Part shown: in pieces, positions 8,875-13,929 of the stretch | Layout: each line of letters starts with the position of its first letter | Position numbering within the stretch: the stretch's first letter is position 1 | IMG/VR virus record: IMGVR_UViG_3300032038_000006 | Length of the DNA stretch: 13,929 nt | Source: a virus | Lineage: Duplodnaviria; Heunggongvirae; Uroviricota; Caudoviricetes | Direction: 5' to 3' (one strand) | The notes under the pieces: model-generated | Told to the model about the DNA's origin: nothing | The model's input: only the letters and a program-made list of their open reading frames with translations | The model's database searches: none | Program-made: the position numbers and the translations under genes

Positions 8875-10234
8875 TGAACAATTCTGGGGCAGCGAATCTT
8901 AGTCACAGGTATGGGTGCCTGATGTTACTATCACTAATTACGATATACTTAATGCGTTTAATCAAACGGGAGGTTCTGCTTGGACTCTACCATTAAATGA
9001 TGAACTTGACACATCAATATGCCCATGGGCTATTAATAAAGATGCGGATATATTAAAGCTTACTTATCCTGTATCACATCGAATCGGTACAGACGGTTAT
9101 AACTGGGCTGAACCTAAATTTTATCCTGTCCACGATTATGAATCTGAGATAAGTGGTATTCCAGTTTACTTTGCAGTGCCTGGTTATACTGGTGGCGGAG
9201 CAAATAGTTTCAATTGGTCTGCTCGTAATGGTAATGATGTCATATAGATATAGAATGCATTGTTCAGAAATATGATATATCCTGTCAGAAACTTTGATTA
9301 TTCTAAACTATGTGTAAGTGTATGTATTCTGTATACAGATAGTGCAACAACTACAGATAATGTTGACCCTGGCACGTTTGATTACTACTTTACATCAGGT
9401 CAAGAGTCTTGGCGTGCTACTCATCCAATAGCAGGAATTGGTTTCCAGATATATGGTCGTGGCTGGGATAGTGATTATCCTAATGCATGGCAGCCTACAC
9501 ATCCTACATCAGGACAGCAAATGTTAATAAATACAATGGGCCGTAAAAAGCCTTGTGAGATAGCTCCATCAGATACTACGGTTGGCTATAATGTTGATTA
9601 TAAAGACGACTTTATGACACTTGTTAATGGTAACTTACTCAACGGTCTTGCTATCGGTGCATGGGCTAATAATTATGGTGGTAATGGTTGGACAGTTATA
9701 TCGCCTGATGGTAGCACTTGGGCACAGTCATATGAGCAAGGTGCGGCTGCAGAATTATCAGCCAGTGAGAGTAATCGTCCTATTCCTAAAGTACCTATGC
9801 TTGAAGGTGAAGAGAACACTCATTGGCGTATTTACTCTAACTGGGCAGGTACAAGAGAAGTTTATTTTAAGACTATTCTTGATGCGTCAACATTTGCTGA
9901 TGAAGAGGAGCTTAAGGCATATATACTTAGACAGGCTGCTTATCTTGGTATGTGGATATATACTAATGGAACTCCGCAAGGAGACCCTGGTTCTGATGAA
10001 CATTGGTATCTTGGTGAAATTGGTTCTAATGGTGTTACAACTGGTAGATATAAACAAGGCTCTTCAACTTCCGAGCTTGATAATTCAACTTGGGAAAGTC
10101 CTTGGGATAGTTCTGGCTGGAATGGTAGATAGCCCGAACCTGGTCCAACTCCAGTATCAAGTGGAAGAATTTTATTTACTGGAGACAATCCTCCAACAAC
10201 GACCAGAGAAATTGTAAGAATAAAAATCAATTAA
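8864..10234 (+). CDS. Hypothetical, probably tail-associated protein; 456 aa with 4 in-frame TAG (8900, 9245, 9251, 10130)
   Basis: SD GGAGG at 8848-8852; ATG 8864 overlaps the end of paralog A (alternative in-frame ATG at 8855). The track ORFs 8915 and 9260 are in frame; stop TAA 10232. It has a Pro-rich linker (QPEPGPTP) before a short C-terminal segment. Confidence 0.75.
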
Positions 10235-10241
10235 GTATAAT
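10212..10241 (+). promoter_or_regulatory. Possible sigmaA-type promoter for paralog B
   Basis: TTGTAA(10212-17), 18-nt spacer, TATAAT(10236-41). The -35 match is imperfect and the context is AT-rich. Confidence 0.35.
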
Positions 10242-10291
10242 TAAGGACAAATTGTTGAAATAACACAAGTTCTTTATAAAAATTAAAATGC

Positions 10292-10319
10292 GCCGCCCTT
10301 CTAAAATCTGAGGGGCGGC
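10292..10319. other. GC-rich intergenic hairpin (not a canonical + strand terminator)
   Basis: GCCGCCCTTC/GAGGGGCGGC form a 10-bp stem (one G-U pair) with an 8-nt loop. There is no U-tract on the + strand, but an A-rich run upstream gives a U-rich tail on the - strand. Confidence 0.6.
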
Positions 10320-10344
10320 ACACTATGATAGGAGGTAATAATAA

Positions 10345-13179
10345 ATGGGAATTATATTTCGTAATGGGATTCCCTTCGGCACAGCGGAAGATGATGTGAC
10401 TACTGTCTATGCCTATGAAGACCTTTTCGATTTGACTGATAAGAAAGAGAACCATTTATATATAGTTGAAGAAACAAGTATCCCTTATCGCTATGATGTT
10501 GAAACCGAGCAGTTTTATCCTTTAGGTAAAGATATGACTATACCAGGTGAGAATAATCAAGTAGTTGTTGCCGATGGTTAGGGAAAAGCAAAAGCTAATA
10601 CTGGCGGTTTTTATGCCTCTGGAAGCGATAATATTAGTAAAATGGATTTTGCATATCCTGAACTGGAATTAAAATCTTTAACTGAATACGCTCCAGATAC
10701 ATATTGGGGATTAAATAAGAATGAAGCTAAAATTCATTTAAAAGGAAATCCTTTATTGTAGATGATAAATCAGGAGAATGGCGGACCAATTATCTCTATG
10801 CTCGGTAGAGGCATAATTGATTTTAAAGGCGACTCTGATAGCCTCGAAGATTGTACCAATCCCAATTAGGCTTAGAGAAAATAGTCTTCATAGCCGACTT
10901 GGATGTCTGAGAATGCATATAAAGTATATAGCACTACTCTTTCTCCTTTTAGTGATAAATATATGAATGAAGAGGATACTATTTATCCATTGCTTTCTTT
11001 GAAACATTGCGCTACTATTTAGGCAACAGATACTGCGCTCGCTCAATTTACTGGTGGTTCATCTTTTGTCATTGGTGGTAATGCAGATGTTACTATTCGT
11101 GGAGCAAATGACATGAAATTTCCTTCCGTAAGATATGGTAGAACGAGAGTAAATATTGAACCTGGTTCGCATTTCATTATGCAAATGAATGATGATGGAT
11201 AGTAGTACCCTACAGCTCCGTTCTTCCTAATGGAAGGTTCTAAAACTGGAGGATAGATTATTCTATCAACAGCACTTAGGGCTACAACAGGAAAATGGAC
11301 AGAATTTAATGAAGGATATTCAAATTTCAATGGTATTAAATTTTTTGAGGGTCGTTCTCATCTTTTAGTTGATTGTAGTTCACATAATATTTTTGGAAAT
11401 GGTAAGAAGATTTGGTTTAAACTTGATGGGTATAGTATTAAAACAACAGAATTCCATTCCCAGATGGCGAAATATGAAAATACTACTTGCGTATTTTAGG
11501 GAAATACAAATTTAGTAATCGGAGACAGTGGACATATTGGAATGAGAATAGGTCCAGATTCCGGAGGAGATATATTGGTTGACTGGACTCCTTGGACAGA
11601 TACAGTAACAAATATTAAATTTGGTGGTATGACAGGTTCTGCATAGGAATATGCAATTGAGCCAGATACTGATGCAGTTCAATATGTTAAGTTTGGTACA
11701 GACAAAGGCGGAGCAACCATTTTTAATATAATCCCTCATGGGATGACTTCTTTCCAATTTTGTCCAGAAAATATTTTTGGTATGACAGTAACTCCGTCTT
11801 CTACTAATATTGTGTGTCAATGGAAACATTTAACAGGTATTTTTGAAGGACGAGATGTTTTCATTTAGATAGAAGATAATATTCATAAAGAAATGTTAAA
11901 CAATTCTATTTTTATACAAAAGGGATATTCAGACTCATCAATTAATATGAGTGATACGACAATAGATGTAAATAAAAAGAGATAGGTTGATTTAGAAAAT
12001 TTTTATATTCCAACTTCTTATACAGATTTTGAAGATTATTATAGTAATGATTACAATAAAACAATTTTCCATAGTGCAATAATGCACGTAGATAGTCTAA
12101 GTGAAAGTCTCATCCCTGACCAGTATACTAATTAGTATGTTAGAAAAACTAATTCTTATAAAAAAAGGATGTATCAAACAAGATTTAGCTGTAGCGATTA
12201 TTTTGAAATGATTATTTCTTATGTTTCAGATACTTTATATACAGAAGACGAAGATTTTAATGCAGCACAATATTTCGGTGCTTTTGCAAGCACATATCAA
12301 ATTAGTGGCAATTTGTCTTCTGTAAGAAGTAGTAAGTTATTAGGATATTATAATGGTAAATACTATTATCAAGCTGTACTCAGTGTTTATATCAAGAACT
12401 TCTTCTGCTATACTTTTAATCAGTACACTGTTGATATGAAATACAGTAAAATAGACAGCGAAGATAAATAGCTTATCATTCGATAGATGCACTTTAAAGG
12501 CTGTGATTTAAGCAGTCGAGCTACAGTAGTACAATCAGAACCGGTTGAAGTTTCTAATCCTGAATATACAATTACTACATCAATACAACATTTAGGAGAA
12601 GATTGGTCTCGTCCAATTTAGTAGGGCGGCGAAAATAGAAATGCTAATGGTTCTATTATTCAGACATATGATGCTTCAAACTTCTTAATGCGTTCAAATT
12701 TACCTAAGCCGGCAGCCTATAGCGGTGCAAACATAACCGTCGCAAATGACTATACTGGATATACAGATAAGAGAGAATTAATTACAGCCTTCAAAAATTC
12801 AGCTGATTATGATACTTTCTTAAACTCAATATCTTTCCCTAATGAATATGAATTATGGGATATTTAGGATATTACACCACAAACATCAACTAATGTTATT
12901 GTTTTATATACAGCTAAGAAAGTGGGTTGGGATGCTCACCTTAAATCTGTTGCTGATAATCCTGTTTTAGAATTAACTGGACAATCAGAGCTAAGATTGT
13001 ATGATGATATTTACATTAAGGGCGAAGTTGAATATGGTACTCCTGTCTATACTTTTGGAGACTCTAAACACCCAGAAGATTAGGTTAGCTTTACTCTTGC
13101 AGAACTTAAAGCCCTTAAAGATTTAATTGTAAATCCACCTACTCCTCCACTCGCACCTGCCGAGAATCAATCATTCTAA
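10345..13179 (+). CDS. Putative tail fibre/spike-like protein, paralog B; 944 aa with 21 in-frame TAG
   Basis: SD AGGAGGT at 10330-10336. The single frame is broken only by TAG (10579, 10759, 10867, 10873, 10882, 10891, 11020, 11200, 11203, 11254, 11497, 11644, 11866, 11983, 12133, 12469, 12484, 12619, 12622, 12865, 13081); stop TAA 13177. Homology to paralog A continues across the TAGs from the N- to the C-terminus. Confidence 0.8.
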
Positions 13180-13192
13180 GAGGTGAATAATA

Positions 13193-13929
13193 ATGAGTGA
13201 ATATAGAATACAAGATACTACACTTACTGGTATTGCAGATGCTATCCGTTCAAAGACAGGTAGCGCTGCAACAATTATGGTAAGTGAAATGGCAGATGAA
13301 ATTGAATCAATTCCAACTGGCGGTGGAGGAAGCAGCATTCCTTTCATTGGTGGAATTTCCAATGTTACAGAAAGATTTGATTTAAATTTAGCAACTTTAA
13401 TGCTTGAAGTAAATGCTCCAGATTATAGTTAGACAAGGGTTGCATCAACAATAATTTTTGAATATAATAATTCATGGGAACTTTGTGTGGCTTTTACTCC
13501 AATATATGTGACCAATAAGGTTGGGTGTATAGTTGGAACCGACTCAGAGGACTGTTATTATGATAATCCTTCTCTCGAATTAAGAACATCTGGCGGTGAG
13601 TATACAGAATGCTGGTTTGGTTTTACAAACAATAACAGGTCTTGGACTTATGATAAAGGTATAACATTTGATGAGCCATTAGTTCTAAATGAGGAATATA
13701 TACTCAAAATGGGAGTTAATGAAAATGGTTATGCTTATGTTACTCTTACAAGAGCGAGTACTGGAACGATAATTTTAGATGACCTTAGTACAGAAACTGT
13801 ATCTCAAACAAATAGTTATAAGAGACGTTTAGCATTAGGTTGCAATGCAAGAAATTCAAGATTCACTGGTATTGCAAATTTTAATTTAGCTAAATGTTAT
13901 TATAAAGAAAATGGAATTACTCTTTGGGG
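13193..13929 (+). CDS. Putative tail-accessory / receptor-binding protein (3'-truncated, more than 245 aa; 1 in-frame TAG at 13430)
   Basis: SD GAGGTG at 13180-13185. The N-terminus TLTGIADAIRSKTG...SEMADEIESIPTGGG is a motif I recognise from Bacillota phage tail-accessory proteins. After the TAG the frame stays open to the window end with a beta-rich, possibly concanavalin/LamG-like domain. Confidence 0.7.

Larger units (their letters stand above)
1..13929 (+). mobile_element. Fragment of a tailed phage (Caudoviricetes) genome, late/structural-lysis region, TAG-recoded (table 15)
   Basis: Adjacent endolysin and holin, several tail-fibre-like genes, all genes on the + strand, near-complete coding density once TAG is read as sense. 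Whether it is a prophage or a free phage cannot be told from the window. Confidence 0.93.

Noticed and set aside
3437-13362. Minus-strand ORFs from the track (3437..3700, 5428..5610, 9940..10230, 10231..10455, 11043..11330, 11512..11829, 13171..13362)
   Set aside because: They are antisense shadows of well-supported + strand genes, with no supporting RBS or motif that I could see.
1353-13432. Interpreting the many short ORFs as pseudogenes or separate small genes
   Set aside because: The breaks are exclusively TAG, with no frameshifts and no TAA/TGA. The fragments mostly lack their own SD, and catalytic motifs and paralog homology continue across the TAGs.
1353-13929. TGA recoding (table 4/25) or pyrrolysine decoding of TAG
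   Set aside because: TGA acts as a true stop (1029, 2965) and never occurs in frame within genes. TAG aligns with Gln, and its density is far higher than in pyrrolysine systems.
1-13929. CRISPR array, DGR template/variable repeat pair, or introns/inteins
   Set aside because: I saw no regularly spaced repeats, no adenine-mismatched ~100-nt repeat pair, no reverse transcriptase and no intein or intron signatures.

Overview
This window is the late (virion and lysis) region of a tailed bacteriophage that uses a recoded genetic code, with TAG read as a sense codon, most likely Gln (translation table 15). The supplied ORF track is fragmented because it treats TAG as a stop. Reading through TAG joins the + strand fragments into 8 tightly packed genes. 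Seven of these have their start in the window, each with a strong Shine-Dalgarno site (GGAGG or GAGGTG), and every stop seen is TAA or TGA. The genes are: (1) the 3' part of a tail-fibre-like gene with no TAG, (2) a 413-aa Amidase_2 endolysin, (3) a 108-aa holin, (4) a 1105-aa hypothetical, probably virion, protein, (5) an 85-aa protein, (6) a 735-aa putative tail fibre/spike, (7) a 456-aa putative tail protein, (8) a 944-aa paralog of gene 6. A ninth gene, a 3'-truncated tail-accessory gene, runs off the end of the window. By hand I counted 55 in-frame TAGs against about 75 CAA/CAG codons downstream of position 1353. Gln is supported by the conserved amidase motif (AW*GLP, canonical xxQxLP) and by three positions where TAG in one paralog aligns with CAG/CAA in the other. 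Strong SD use, the XlyA-like amidase with ChW-like repeats and a sigmaA-type promoter suggest a Bacillota (probably Clostridia) host; this is inference. No tRNA, release factor, CRISPR array or rRNA was seen. TAG recoding in phages is an established phenomenon. The possibly new points here are how TAG gates the lysis genes, the TAG-free modules (possible imports from standard-code genomes), a terminator that doubles as a promoter, and a candidate structured RNA upstream of the lysis cassette.
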